The notes under the pieces are model-generated. The model did no database searches and was not told the origin of the DNA. It saw nothing but the letters and a program-made list of their open reading frames with translations. Positions 48,249 to 58,017 of a DNA stretch of 58,640 bases are shown here, piece after piece. Both the position numbers and the translations under genes were made by a program. The stretch's first letter is position 1. Each line of letters starts with the position of its first letter. Origin of the DNA: a virus (lineage: Duplodnaviria; Caudoviricetes); the IMG/VR virus record IMGVR_UViG_3300040971_000021, positions 1 through 58,640 of that record. One strand, given 5' to 3'.

Positions 48249-48844
48249 TTATCCTCCCGCATGAACAGGGGACGCCGGAATGGCTAGCGTCACGAATTGG
48301 CTTGCCGAGTGCCAGCAAGTTCTCTGACATTATCACCACCAAGGGCGAACCGAGCAAGAGCAGAATCAAATACATGCACCAATTAGCCGGTGAGAGGGTC
48401 ACAAAGGCCAAGGAAGAGACGTATCAGTCAGCGGCCATGAGTCGTGGCATACTTATGGAAGGTGAGGCCAGAAGGCTCTTTGAGATGGTTAAAGACATCG
48501 ACGTGCAACAGGTCGGTTTATGCCTTGAGGATAACAGGCGGTGGGGGTGTTCTCCTGATGGTTTGACACTTGAAGATGGCGGCCTTGAAATCAAGTGTCC
48601 GTCAATGGCCGTGCATGTGTCGTACCTCCTGGGGAATAAGCTTCCTACCGATTATTTCCAGCAGGTACAAGGTTCTCTTTTTGTGACCGGAAGGGAATAT
48701 TGGTGGTTCATGTCCTACTATCCTGGGATTAAGCCATTGTTCGTTAAGGTGGAGCCAGACCTTAAATTTCACGCGGCCTTGCAGCTTGAGCTTGAGTTGT
48801 TTTCAGACGAACTGTCCGAAATTGTCGGACGTATCACCATATAA
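48245..48844 (+). CDS. YqaJ / lambda-exonuclease family nuclease
   Basis: QGT.EW...R.G...AS, SPDGL, LEIKCP and YFQQVQ motifs. Confidence 0.9.
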   Translation: MIILPHEQGTPEWLASRIGLPSASKFSDIITTKGEPSKSRIKYMHQLAGERVTKAKEETYQSAAMSRGILMEGEARRLFEMVKDIDVQQVGLCLEDNRRWGCSPDGLTLEDGGLEIKCPSMAVHVSYLLGNKLPTDYFQQVQGSLFVTGREYWWFMSYYPGIKPLFVKVEPDLKFHAALQLELELFSDELSEIVGRITI

Positions 48845-48900
48845 ATTATTGACCCACGGCAGGGAAAGCTATTTTAACAATCAACAAATAAGGAAACACC

Positions 48901-49161
48901 ATGTTTGATAATACTGAGATCAGTGGAGGCAAAGAGTGCCGACCTAATTACGAGGAGGCAGCGGCAAGATTGAAAAAAAGAATTGATGCGGATCGAGGTT
49001 TTCTTAATGCATTCGCTGTTTTTTCACTTCAAGGAAGTTTCTCGTCTATTCGTGATAATGACAGACAACCATTTTATGCTATGTTTGGGGAGCTGTCTTT
49101 ACGCCTTCCTAGGATGGATTCCGAATATGCGAATCTATTGACAAAAATCGAAGATAAATAA
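48901..49161 (+). CDS. hypothetical protein
   Basis: AAGGA RBS; leader duplicated with ssb. Confidence 0.65.
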   Translation: MFDNTEISGGKECRPNYEEAAARLKKRIDADRGFLNAFAVFSLQGSFSSIRDNDRQPFYAMFGELSLRLPRMDSEYANLLTKIEDK

Positions 49162-49183
49162 CAATCAACAATAAGGAAACACC

Positions 49184-49579
49184 ATGTTAAATCGTATTGA
49201 AATTATAGGAAATCTAGGGAAAGATGTGGAACTTCGCTACACTCAATCAGGTTCAGCGGTTGCTTTATTCTCTGTAGCTACAACTGAACGTTACAAAAAC
49301 AAATCTGGAGAGAAGGTTGAGGAAACAGAATGGCACAATGTTGTTGCATGGTCTAAACTTGCAGAGATATGCGGGGAATTTTTACACAAAGGATCAAAGG
49401 TTTATATCAGCGGAAAGAGCAAAACAAGAAAATGGCAAGATAAAAATGGAAACGACAAATATACCACTGAGATCATCGCCAGTGAAATGATTATGTTGGA
49501 CGGAAAAGGTAAACCAGACTCACAAGTCCAGCAGGGATATGAGCCGCCACAACATGATGCAGGACCGGTACCTTTCTGA
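49184..49579 (+). CDS. ssb: single-stranded DNA-binding protein
   Basis: N...IIGNLGKD.ELRYT, TEWH.VV, C-terminal VPF. Confidence 0.95.
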   Translation: MLNRIEIIGNLGKDVELRYTQSGSAVALFSVATTERYKNKSGEKVEETEWHNVVAWSKLAEICGEFLHKGSKVYISGKSKTRKWQDKNGNDKYTTEIIASEMIMLDGKGKPDSQVQQGYEPPQHDAGPVPF

Positions 49580-49648
49580 TCTGCCACGAACCATGGGCGA
49601 AGCGATTAGCCTAGCCCGGCACCTACCAAATTGAGATAAGGAGATATT

Positions 49649-49852
49649 ATGATTGATTTTGCAATTATTAAAGTTGGCGAAAAAGTAACCGTTGTTGGGC
49701 AAGGTGCGCCAGGGTTTGCCGCACTTGGAGAGGTGTTAGAGATCACCAAGGTGGAGAATGATCGAGTATATGCCAAACGTGATAACGGAGAAGAAGCATT
49801 TTTTGCACTTACTTGCGGAGCTGCAAGACTTGAACTTACCAAGTTGAGATAA
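49649..49852 (+). CDS. small hypothetical protein
   Basis: AAGGAG RBS. Confidence 0.65.
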   Translation: MIDFAIIKVGEKVTVVGQGAPGFAALGEVLEITKVENDRVYAKRDNGEEAFFALTCGAARLELTKLR

Positions 49853-49859
49853 GGGGTAT

Positions 49860-52097
49860 TTGATGAGACAGCAGAAACTTTTCGACGGAATTGAAGATAA
49901 TCTTCATAAAGATGGCCAATATCTTCCTTTTCTTTCTGTCATGGTAAATGGAAAAGGGGTTGTTGACTGTGATACCGTTAAGGGTTGTTCTGCTGGTATG
50001 GCTAAATATCCAAATGGAGGTTGTTATGGTGAGTGCTATGCATATAAAACAGCAAACCGTTACGGGATAGATTTCAAAATAAGTGTTTCAAGAAAATTGT
50101 TAAATTCTCGTTTCAATAGTTGCTTCGATGTGATAAAGAATCATCATGCTTCATGGTATCGGGTTGGAACTGCTGGTGACCCTTCACACGATTGGGACCA
50201 TACAATTTCAGTTTGTGAAGCATTGCAATACACTGAAAAAGTGCCGGTTATCATAACAAAGCACTGGAAGTCATTATCAGACAGCCACCTAAAAAGGCTT
50301 AAATCATTGTCTGCTGTGATAAACACATCAACAAGCGGAATGGACACAGAAGGGGAAATAAGACACCGTGTTGGACAAATAACACGAATAAAAGAGGCTG
50401 GCATTACGAGCGTGTGCCGGGTTGTTACTTGTGAATATGGCGAATCTGGATGGGCTAGAAAATGCCAAGAAAAACAGGATTATCTCTTATCGTTTGATTA
50501 TGTTATTGATAATCCACTGAGAGCAAGCAAATCAAATAAGCACGTTATAGCTGGTGATATTATTTTAACCAGGCAAGACAGGTCGATTGGTGGTGGTAAA
50601 TACGTGTCATTGCATCGACCTGACATTTATCTTGGGGTGTGTGAAAACTGCCCTGACCAATGTGGTGTAAAGGATTCACCACGAAAACAGAAAATAATGG
50701 GGAAAAAAATGGTACAAATGGATTTGTTCAAGAGAAATATTGAGTTTTTGTATGTTGAAACTGTAATCGGTTCAGGATATGAGCAGGACGTTGCAGCTTT
50801 GGCAATTGAGGATAAAATCGCATACCGGGCAGCCAGGAAGAATATGCAAATCCATTCAGCCATTATATTGAAAATTAACGATGTTGTTTGTGGATTTTTC
50901 ACCTTCCAAAACAACCACGAGGCTAAAGAGTTTTGTTTGCTTCAATCGACAATCAAAGCAGACAGTTTTGATTTTAAAATATACGATGATATGGTAATGG
51001 CGGCTATTGCCCAAAACACAAATAACTACCCAGCTATCATCACAACAGATCCAAAGAGCAAATTTGAGACCCCAAAACGGTTCAAAAGCCTGGGGTTCAA
51101 AACCTATCTAACCATGTCAAACTATGAATATATGGTTTATGGAGATGAAAAAGACGTGCGGTTCAAGCTTCTAGCCCATATAACCATGACGAATGTTTGG
51201 AACTCACTCAAAGGGCCGTGGTTGCAACTAAAAAAAGAATGGAACAGACAAATTGAAGAGGCTGGGGAAAAGTATAATATCCCTAACCCTAAATTTGCCT
51301 CTCGTGAAGGTTGCTGGCAAGGTGCCAGTGGTTTCTCAAATGTGGTATTGTCAACTCGTTCAATGGAAGATGGCAAGGTTAAAACCAACGCTACAAAATC
51401 ACATAACGGCAACGCGTCTGTTCTCGATCCGGTTGCTTGTGAGGTTATATTGAGGTTTTTCATGCCAACATCTGGGAGAAGAGTTTACAATCCTTTTGGC
51501 GGTGGGGTACAAATGGGATTTGTAGCTGGCTCGTGTGGCTTTGATTATATATCAAGCGAGATACGTCAAAATCAGTGTGATACGAACAATGCCATCTGCC
51601 AGGATCTGAACAGTGCAAAATGGATCAAAAGTGACAGCTCAACCTATACGCCAGAAGAAAGGCCAGACTTGGTTTTTAGTTGCCCACCTTATTACAAGGT
51701 TGAAAAATATGTTGATTATGATGGAGTTATTCCAGAAGGTGAGATTAACAACCTTGATACATATGAAAAATTCAGGGATACCCTTTTTGCTGGATACGAC
51801 AAAGCTATTGAGGCTTTAAATGATAACTGTTTCTTTGTGGTTATGACCGGAGATAGCAGGGACAAGGATGGATCGTATCATTGTTCAGAGTCAGAAACAG
51901 AGTTGTTTTTTAAGAGCCGTGGCCTTTCTGTTTATAACAAAATAATCTACCTTGAGTGTGAATTTACACGGCTGGCACAGGCAAAGAAAACACTCAATTA
52001 TCGGAAATTCCCGAAACGTGAGCAGAAGATAATTGTAGCATACAAAGGTGATATAAAGAAGATCAAAGACCTTTATCCAACAGTTGGGAGGCTGTAA
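49860..52097 (+). CDS. multidomain DNA-modification enzyme (radical-SAM-like + GNAT-like + amino-methyltransferase)
   Basis: KGC-x11-CYGECYA and GTAGDP; central CGFFTF...SLGF; NPFGGG motif I and FSCPPY motif IV. Confidence 0.7.
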   Translation: MMRQQKLFDGIEDNLHKDGQYLPFLSVMVNGKGVVDCDTVKGCSAGMAKYPNGGCYGECYAYKTANRYGIDFKISVSRKLLNSRFNSCFDVIKNHHASWYRVGTAGDPSHDWDHTISVCEALQYTEKVPVIITKHWKSLSDSHLKRLKSLSAVINTSTSGMDTEGEIRHRVGQITRIKEAGITSVCRVVTCEYGESGWARKCQEKQDYLLSFDYVIDNPLRASKSNKHVIAGDIILTRQDRSIGGGKYVSLHRPDIYLGVCENCPDQCGVKDSPRKQKIMGKKMVQMDLFKRNIEFLYVETVIGSGYEQDVAALAIEDKIAYRAARKNMQIHSAIILKINDVVCGFFTFQNNHEAKEFCLLQSTIKADSFDFKIYDDMVMAAIAQNTNNYPAIITTDPKSKFETPKRFKSLGFKTYLTMSNYEYMVYGDEKDVRFKLLAHITMTNVWNSLKGPWLQLKKEWNRQIEEAGEKYNIPNPKFASREGCWQGASGFSNVVLSTRSMEDGKVKTNATKSHNGNASVLDPVACEVILRFFMPTSGRRVYNPFGGGVQMGFVAGSCGFDYISSEIRQNQCDTNNAICQDLNSAKWIKSDSSTYTPEERPDLVFSCPPYYKVEKYVDYDGVIPEGEINNLDTYEKFRDTLFAGYDKAIEALNDNCFFVVMTGDSRDKDGSYHCSESETELFFKSRGLSVYNKIIYLECEFTRLAQAKKTLNYRKFPKREQKIIVAYKGDIKKIKDLYPTVGRL

Positions 52098-52099
52098 AA

Positions 52100-52411
52100 A
52101 TGGACAAAATAATTGAAGAACTAATTGATTTTAAAAAGGCCCGTGGGTGGGGAAAACACCACACCGAAGGAGAGTTGGCAAGGGCATTAATGATTGAAGT
52201 TGCAGAGCTTAATGAGCTGCTATTATGGGGAAAAAAAGCACCGCAAGAACGATATGAGGAAGAAATTGCCGATGTCTTAATCTATGCCATTAATTTTTGT
52301 ATAATCCGTAAAATTGACCCAATGAAAGCGATTAAGGAAAAGATCGAAAAAAACGCCATCAAATACCCTGTTGATGTTGACAATGAAAGAAAATATGGAT
52401 GGCGTGTTTAG
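52100..52411 (+). CDS. MazG-like nucleotide pyrophosphohydrolase
   Basis: R.W...H...LA.AL.IE.AEL.E...W, EEIADVLIY, K..KN..KYP. Confidence 0.85.
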   Translation: MDKIIEELIDFKKARGWGKHHTEGELARALMIEVAELNELLLWGKKAPQERYEEEIADVLIYAINFCIIRKIDPMKAIKEKIEKNAIKYPVDVDNERKYGWRV

Positions 52412-52457
52412 AATTTTCTTCTGTATCTGGTAATGCGAGAAACGCGCAAGGGGGTTT

Positions 52458-52658
52458 TTGTTAATGTCTGAAAGCACACTCGACGACGGCATATTCCGCA
52501 CCACATCCACCGGCTTAATCGGAGGCAGCAGGATAGACGCACAGTGGTTAGCCGGGGTAAATGAACGGGCAAAGCGGCTACGGGATGCAGTGAAGCGGCA
52601 AAGGGAAACGAAGCAATTAAGATTGCCGAAGATAATTGAAAATAACAATGATTTTTAA
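52458..52658 (+). CDS. hypothetical protein
   Basis: 66 aa ORF. Confidence 0.4.
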   Translation: MLMSESTLDDGIFRTTSTGLIGGSRIDAQWLAGVNERAKRLRDAVKRQRETKQLRLPKIIENNNDF

Positions 52659-52675
52659 CTTAGGAGTGATTTGAT

Positions 52676-53047
52676 ATGTGTGATTTTACAGCGGCAAGAA
52701 TTGGTGATAATGTTTGGGAATACCCAACTGGATGGACAAAGATTGATGATACAGACCATTGCGACATTTACCCTATAAAGACTGTTAGAGGAACAACTTA
52801 CACTATAAACGGTTTTCACAGGGAAAGAGATATTATGCCTTCCCTGTTTTGGGATGAAATCAGGTTTGAAATCCCTCCCCGGCCAAAGCGCAAGGTCAAG
52901 AAGGTGTTGCATGGGTGGGTGAATATTTATCTTGGATGGGAGATTATGGGGCTGTTCTACCTCTCAAAAGAATCTGCCGATAATGCGGCTTCTCCAAACC
53001 GTATGGCTTGCATCGAGATAAACCAAGAATACGAAACAGAGGAATAA
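52676..53047 (+). CDS. hypothetical protein
   Basis: AGGAG RBS; GWVNIY motif. Confidence 0.7.
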   Translation: MCDFTAARIGDNVWEYPTGWTKIDDTDHCDIYPIKTVRGTTYTINGFHRERDIMPSLFWDEIRFEIPPRPKRKVKKVLHGWVNIYLGWEIMGLFYLSKESADNAASPNRMACIEINQEYETEE

Positions 53048-53093
53048 CCGTGAGCATCGACGGTCAAGATTATGAAAAACATGACGATTAACC

Positions 53094-53307
53094 TTGAAAT
53101 AAAACCAGCTTTGTAATAAGATATAGAAACATCAAGCGAGTATATTCAGTTGGTCCTGGCTATACGGTGCAAGCATGATGAAAATGCGTTATAAATAGGA
53201 AATAAACATTATGAATTTTAAAATAGCTTCATGCAATCGGGACCACTTAGAGACAAATTGGCTAATACCATTTTCCTACTCTTTGCCGATTGCATGAGGC
53301 TTTTTTT
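53094..53307 (+). promoter_or_regulatory. promoter with long attenuator-like leader before the replication operon
   Basis: TTGAAA-17-TAAGAT; 16-bp stem AGCTTCATGCAATCGG/CCGATTGCATGAGGCT plus T run. Confidence 0.55.
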
Positions 53308-53324
53308 CGTTTTAAGGAGACAGG

Positions 53325-53726
53325 ATGGCAAATTCTTATGTTGAAAAGTTTAAAGATCCACAGTGGCAGAAAAAACGTCTTGAAATGTTGGATCGTGATG
53401 AATGGACTTGTCAGATGTGCGGCGATAAATCTTCTCCGTTAAATGTTCATCATAAATGGTACAAAGAGGGGATGAACCCATGGGAATATCCAGACTCGTG
53501 CCTTGTAACTCTTTGCGAAGATTGCCATTCGTCCGAACATGAATGTAAAAAAGAATATACAGACGTACTTCTTGCGGAAATACTAGGTAAAGGTTTATTT
53601 TACTCTGACCTCCTTGATTTGGCATGTCAATTTAGCTTTATGACACCAGAAGACTTTAGACAAAGATTTCAAGTGTGGAATAATCAATGGAATAAAAAAA
53701 AAGAAACCAATAAGGACGGAGAGTGA
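53325..53726 (+). CDS. HNH endonuclease-domain protein
   Basis: DPQWQKKRLE...RD..TCQ.CG....L.VHH...L.TLC..CH. Confidence 0.85.
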   Translation: MANSYVEKFKDPQWQKKRLEMLDRDEWTCQMCGDKSSPLNVHHKWYKEGMNPWEYPDSCLVTLCEDCHSSEHECKKEYTDVLLAEILGKGLFYSDLLDLACQFSFMTPEDFRQRFQVWNNQWNKKKETNKDGE

Positions 53727-54559
53727 ACACAGATATTCGGTTGTCTGTGTCATTTAAGGGGCACAGAAAGAGAAAGAAGTTCAAAATGCTTTTAAACCAT
53801 TTATCGGCAACTGATTTCCTTATTGATTTGTGGATTACAGTTGCCATTGACAGGCCAGATGGAAGTCTTGAGGGCCTTGATGCTCTCGATATCTGCCTTA
53901 TGGCTGGATGGGAAGGTGAGTGTGACCATTTTGTTGATTCATTATTGAGTGCAGGGTTCCTTGATAAAACAGAAAATGGTTATAAAATTCACGAATGGGC
54001 TGATCACAATGGTTATGCGTCAGGCGCAAAGTTAAGATCAGATGCGGCAAAAAATGCGGCAAAAATACGATGGAATAAGAGGTTAGGAATAAAAGAGCAA
54101 TGCGAAAGCAATGCGCCAGCAATGCCACCGCATAAAAAGGGCAATGCCCCATCTCCTATACCAATTCCATCTCCAATTCCATCTCCATCTCCATCTCCAT
54201 CTCCATCTCCATCTCCATCTCCATCTTTAAAAGAGGTGGAGCCAAAAGAAAAAAGAAAAAAACCACACACCTTTTCTTTTTCCGATATCGTAGCTCTTGG
54301 CGTAGATGAAGATATTGCCAAAGATTTTATTCTTCACAGAAAAGCAAAAAGAGCGCCATTAACAGAAACAGCATGGAATGGAATAGCAAGAGAAATAGCT
54401 TTATCTAAAATGACTGTTAGCGATGGGATATCAATGATGATGACAATGGGGTGGACTGGATTTAAGGCTGATTGGGATTCAGTGAAAGCCTACCAGCAAA
54501 ATCACATTAAATCCAACACACCCGGAATGATTGGCGGGTTAAATAAGAGGCCACTATGA
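53723..54559 (+). CDS. replication initiator (lambda O-like)
   Basis: N-terminal winged-helix-type region, Pro-Ser linker, C-terminal RKAK.APLT...W.GF domain; upstream of primase-helicase. Confidence 0.7.
   Translation: MNTDIRLSVSFKGHRKRKKFKMLLNHLSATDFLIDLWITVAIDRPDGSLEGLDALDICLMAGWEGECDHFVDSLLSAGFLDKTENGYKIHEWADHNGYASGAKLRSDAAKNAAKIRWNKRLGIKEQCESNAPAMPPHKKGNAPSPIPIPSPIPSPSPSPSPSPSPSPSLKEVEPKEKRKKPHTFSFSDIVALGVDEDIAKDFILHRKAKRAPLTETAWNGIAREIALSKMTVSDGISMMMTMGWTGFKADWDSVKAYQQNHIKSNTPGMIGGLNKRPL
54097..54147 (+). other. putative replication origin iterons
   Basis: GCAATGC at 54097, 54108, 54119 and 54141 (11-bp phase). Confidence 0.55.
54179..54226 (+). repeat. (CCATCT)8 microsatellite encoding Pro-Ser linker
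   Basis: Eight perfect copies plus degenerate copies upstream. Confidence 0.9.
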
Positions 54560-56334
54560 ACCCGAAAGAGGTTAATGACAGATTAGTTGACATGGTTGAT
54601 TCTGTGGCCTGTCACCTTTTGCCTAATGGAAAGCGTGAAGGCGGTAATTGGTGCTCTGGGTCAGTAGCAGGCGAGCCAGGACATTCATTAAAGGTTTGTA
54701 TCAACGGGGCAAGGGCTGGATTGTGGTCTGATTTTTCCAGCAATTCAAAGGGCGGTGATCTTCTGGAATTATGGGTGCAGACGAAAGGTATTTCTTTTAT
54801 CGAGGCGCTGAAAGAGGCAAAAGAGTTTGCCGGAATAACAGATACGCAGCCCTCGTTTTACCCAGAACGGAAGAAGAAGGCACATGTGCAGAAACCTTCA
54901 TGCACCAAGCCAAGCGATGCAGTGGCAGATTGGTTTACAGGAAGAGGTATAACTCAATCCACGTTAGATGCCTACAAAATAGGCCAGCAGGGAAACACCA
55001 TAGTATTCCCTTTCCTGTCACCGGAAGACAAACTTGAACTGGTTAAATATCGGGACTTGGACGCAGAGAAAACCGGAAAGAAAAAGATATGGTCAAACCA
55101 AGATCCGGATTATCATTTATTCGGATGGCAGGCAATAAACGACAATGACCGTTTTGTTGTCCTTACGGAAGGAGAGCCTGATGCAATGTCATATTTTCAA
55201 CAGGGTTTCCCTGCTCTATCAATTCCGCAAGGGGCCGGAGACGGAGAAAAGCAGCAAGCATGGATCAGGAATGACTTTGAACGTCTAGAAAGGTTTGAGA
55301 CGATTTATGTATCAATGGATATGGACGCTCCTGGGCAATCCGCAATAAAGCCGATAATCGAGGCGTTAGGGGCCGACCGTTGCAAGATTGTCAACCTTGG
55401 CGAGTACAAGGATGCAAACGAGGTTCACGCCGATGGTGAACTGTTAAAAGGTTATCTGGATAGAGCCAAGACTAAAGATCCTGATGAGCTGAAAAGTCTA
55501 CACGAATACCACGAGGAAATTTTAAAGGAATTTCAGGGGACAGGGGTCACAGGGGCAAGGCTTCCATGGGCGAAAACAAACTCGACAATAAGGCTTCGAC
55601 CTTCTGAAATATCGCTATGGGCCGGGGTAAATAGCCACGGAAAGAGTGTTTTACTGAATCATGTGGCTGTTGACTGTATGGCGCAAGGGGAAAAGTTCTG
55701 TATCGCCTCAATGGAGATGAAGCCGGAGAAATTAGGGCGGAAGATGTACCAGCAGATTGCAGGGGCCGATATGCCTGACAAAAGAACGGCGAGCGAGATA
55801 CTTAAATTTATTGATGGACGGGTATGGATATTTGAGGCATACGGGACAACCAAGGCAGACAGGGTATTGGAAGTTTTCAGATATGCTCGGCGCAGATATG
55901 GAGTGACACACTTCATTGTCGATTCTCTGGCAAAGTGCGGATTTGGCGAAGATGATTACAACGGGCAAAAGGCGTTTGTTGATAGGTTGATGGAATTTGG
56001 CGGCGAGTTTAATGTACATGTCCATCTTGTTGTCCATATTAGAAAACTGGCCGATGAAAGCAAGATACCAGGCAAGATGGATGTAAAAGGAACAGGGGCA
56101 ATCACCGACATGGTGGATAATGTTTTCATCGTGTGGAGAAATAAGCCGAAAGAAGAGCAGTTCCAAATTGACCAGATAAATGTTCCTTCTAATCCTGATA
56201 CAGTTTTAAACTGCGTCAAGCAACGAGAGACAGGGGAAGAGCCAATGGTAAACCTTTATTTCCATAGGCCAAGTTGCCAGCTTTTAAGCTACTGTGATGA
56301 ACCACCAAAAGAATATTTATTCCTTGAGAGGTAA
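54556..56334 (+). CDS. bifunctional primase-helicase (T7 gp4 / Twinkle-like)
   Basis: TOPRIM TEGEPDA and DMD.PG; Walker A GVNSHGKS; IVDSL; H.RK. Confidence 0.9.
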   Translation: MNPKEVNDRLVDMVDSVACHLLPNGKREGGNWCSGSVAGEPGHSLKVCINGARAGLWSDFSSNSKGGDLLELWVQTKGISFIEALKEAKEFAGITDTQPSFYPERKKKAHVQKPSCTKPSDAVADWFTGRGITQSTLDAYKIGQQGNTIVFPFLSPEDKLELVKYRDLDAEKTGKKKIWSNQDPDYHLFGWQAINDNDRFVVLTEGEPDAMSYFQQGFPALSIPQGAGDGEKQQAWIRNDFERLERFETIYVSMDMDAPGQSAIKPIIEALGADRCKIVNLGEYKDANEVHADGELLKGYLDRAKTKDPDELKSLHEYHEEILKEFQGTGVTGARLPWAKTNSTIRLRPSEISLWAGVNSHGKSVLLNHVAVDCMAQGEKFCIASMEMKPEKLGRKMYQQIAGADMPDKRTASEILKFIDGRVWIFEAYGTTKADRVLEVFRYARRRYGVTHFIVDSLAKCGFGEDDYNGQKAFVDRLMEFGGEFNVHVHLVVHIRKLADESKIPGKMDVKGTGAITDMVDNVFIVWRNKPKEEQFQIDQINVPSNPDTVLNCVKQRETGEEPMVNLYFHRPSCQLLSYCDEPPKEYLFLER

Positions 56335-56471
56335 AAAATGGATGAACCAACCGATAAATGCGCCATCTGCGGCCAACCGATAGACCTTACAGCTCTCCAC
56401 GCATGGGACAAATGAATTAAGTGCCAAAAAGGTGAACTTACGCCACAACATAAAATTAAAAAGGGGAAATC

Positions 56472-57014
56472 ATGGAGTTGAATAAATATCTTGACCAAGT
56501 GGCATATAAAGATTCAATGGAAATATGTGGTGAACAAACAAATGTGTGGAAAAATAAATTTGATGATAGCTATATGACACACGTTGGCATGGAGGAAAAT
56601 GTCAAATTTTTAGCAGACCGTGAAATAACCGAACAACTAACTCACGGTGTTGGCTTCAGCCCCAAAGATGGTAAGTGGTATGGGTGGAGCCATCGAGCTA
56701 TATATGGGTTTGAGGTTGGCTCTACCTGTAAAAAAGGCGATTGTCATTATTTTGGTGTAGATGTGGCGGCAGCTATTGAAGCGGCTAAAGAGTTCTGGTC
56801 TGACGAAAACCACATTAATGTCAAGGCTGGTGAGGTAAGAGATGGAAAAGTTCACATCTCATGGGAGTATGATGATAAAACCCCAAACGAAAATATACGC
56901 GGTACAATAAGTGGCGTAGATCATCATCTTGAAATTGGCCGTGGCGAGTGGGTGGCTAAAACGATGGAGGATGCCAAGATAATGGCACAAGACTTCAATA
57001 AAGGAGTTAGTTAA
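56472..57014 (+). CDS. conserved phage hypothetical protein
   Basis: GFS....KWYGWSHRAIYGF motif. Confidence 0.75.
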   Translation: MELNKYLDQVAYKDSMEICGEQTNVWKNKFDDSYMTHVGMEENVKFLADREITEQLTHGVGFSPKDGKWYGWSHRAIYGFEVGSTCKKGDCHYFGVDVAAAIEAAKEFWSDENHINVKAGEVRDGKVHISWEYDDKTPNENIRGTISGVDHHLEIGRGEWVAKTMEDAKIMAQDFNKGVS

Positions 57015-57057
57015 TACGACAAGGGAAAACAGAAACCAATACACAGGGAGTGAGAGA

Positions 57058-57315
57058 ATGCTAGAGGGTAAAGGATTTACCACCGAATATTTAATGGAAC
57101 TGGAGCGAAAAGCTAAACTGTATGATTCAATCCAAAACGCTGCTAAGAATTTACCTGACGGGTGGAAGGTTGCATTGTGGATTGAAAACGGCTATGGGGG
57201 ATGGTCAGTTATCCCTCCTGGAGGAGTAGAGCACAATGTGGACGCTAATGATCTTCCGTTTGCCGACCAACTTGATTCTATTGTTGAAATTGCGCGTGGT
57301 GATGGTAATCTTTAG
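57058..57315 (+). CDS. hypothetical protein
   Basis: GGGAG RBS. Confidence 0.65.
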   Translation: MLEGKGFTTEYLMELERKAKLYDSIQNAAKNLPDGWKVALWIENGYGGWSVIPPGGVEHNVDANDLPFADQLDSIVEIARGDGNL

Positions 57316-57452
57316 GACTATCCATAGCTAGACGCGCCGGAATCAGCCAAGGCAACCGCAGAATGGCCCCTTGAATGATTGACTACGGAATGTTCACAAG
57401 AAGAGGCGCTGAAAGAGATCGTCTTTTCAAAATAATATTATGACGAGGGGGA

Positions 57453-57641
57453 ATGATGAAAAAGCGAGTGCTGAAAAAAGTTGGCAGGTATAAGTGCCCA
57501 AGGCACAGCCAAAGAGAAGGTGGTGTCTTTAAGCACTACCAACTCAAAACTGGAAGATGGGTTTCTTCATGTACCTATTGTTTTATATGTGGAAACGTTA
57601 AAGATGGTCGGCAGGTATCTAAGCCAATAACCACAAAATAA
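57453..57641 (+). CDS. small basic Cys-containing protein
   Basis: GAGGGGG RBS. Confidence 0.55.
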   Translation: MMKKRVLKKVGRYKCPRHSQREGGVFKHYQLKTGRWVSSCTYCFICGNVKDGRQVSKPITTK

Positions 57642-57693
57642 AGATAACACTTAACCGAACGTCAGAACGTACCACGCCGCACCTGAAAACATC

Positions 57694-58017
57694 GTGGCGG
57701 TGGCAAAGAATCATAAATTAAGCATAAAACAGGGTGATAACATGGGAGAGAAATTAGATGTCGAGGATATTAAGAGGCACAAGGCCGCATATCGTGGAGA
57801 CCACCTTTACGTTTCAGTATCTCCGCTGAAAGTACACCTATCTATTGCGAATATAGATGAGTTCAGGACGCTCGCAGGCATACAACTCATTGAGAGGATG
57901 ATAAACGAGCTTATAGACAGAGGCGCAACGCTGGAAGAAATAGCTAATTTCTGTTTTGAAAGCTCTTACCATCGTGGCGACATACCTGAGATATTGAGCA
58001 AGGCACTGGTGGCATAA
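57694..58017 (+). CDS. hypothetical protein
   Basis: ORF coupled to next gene; true start may be a later ATG. Confidence 0.55.
   Translation: MAVAKNHKLSIKQGDNMGEKLDVEDIKRHKAAYRGDHLYVSVSPLKVHLSIANIDEFRTLAGIQLIERMINELIDRGATLEEIANFCFESSYHRGDIPEILSKALVA

Noticed and set aside
57640-57710. Possible third attC after 57641 (TAAC followed by a GC-rich inverted repeat)
   Set aside because: No matching GTT box or L-box spacing could be found
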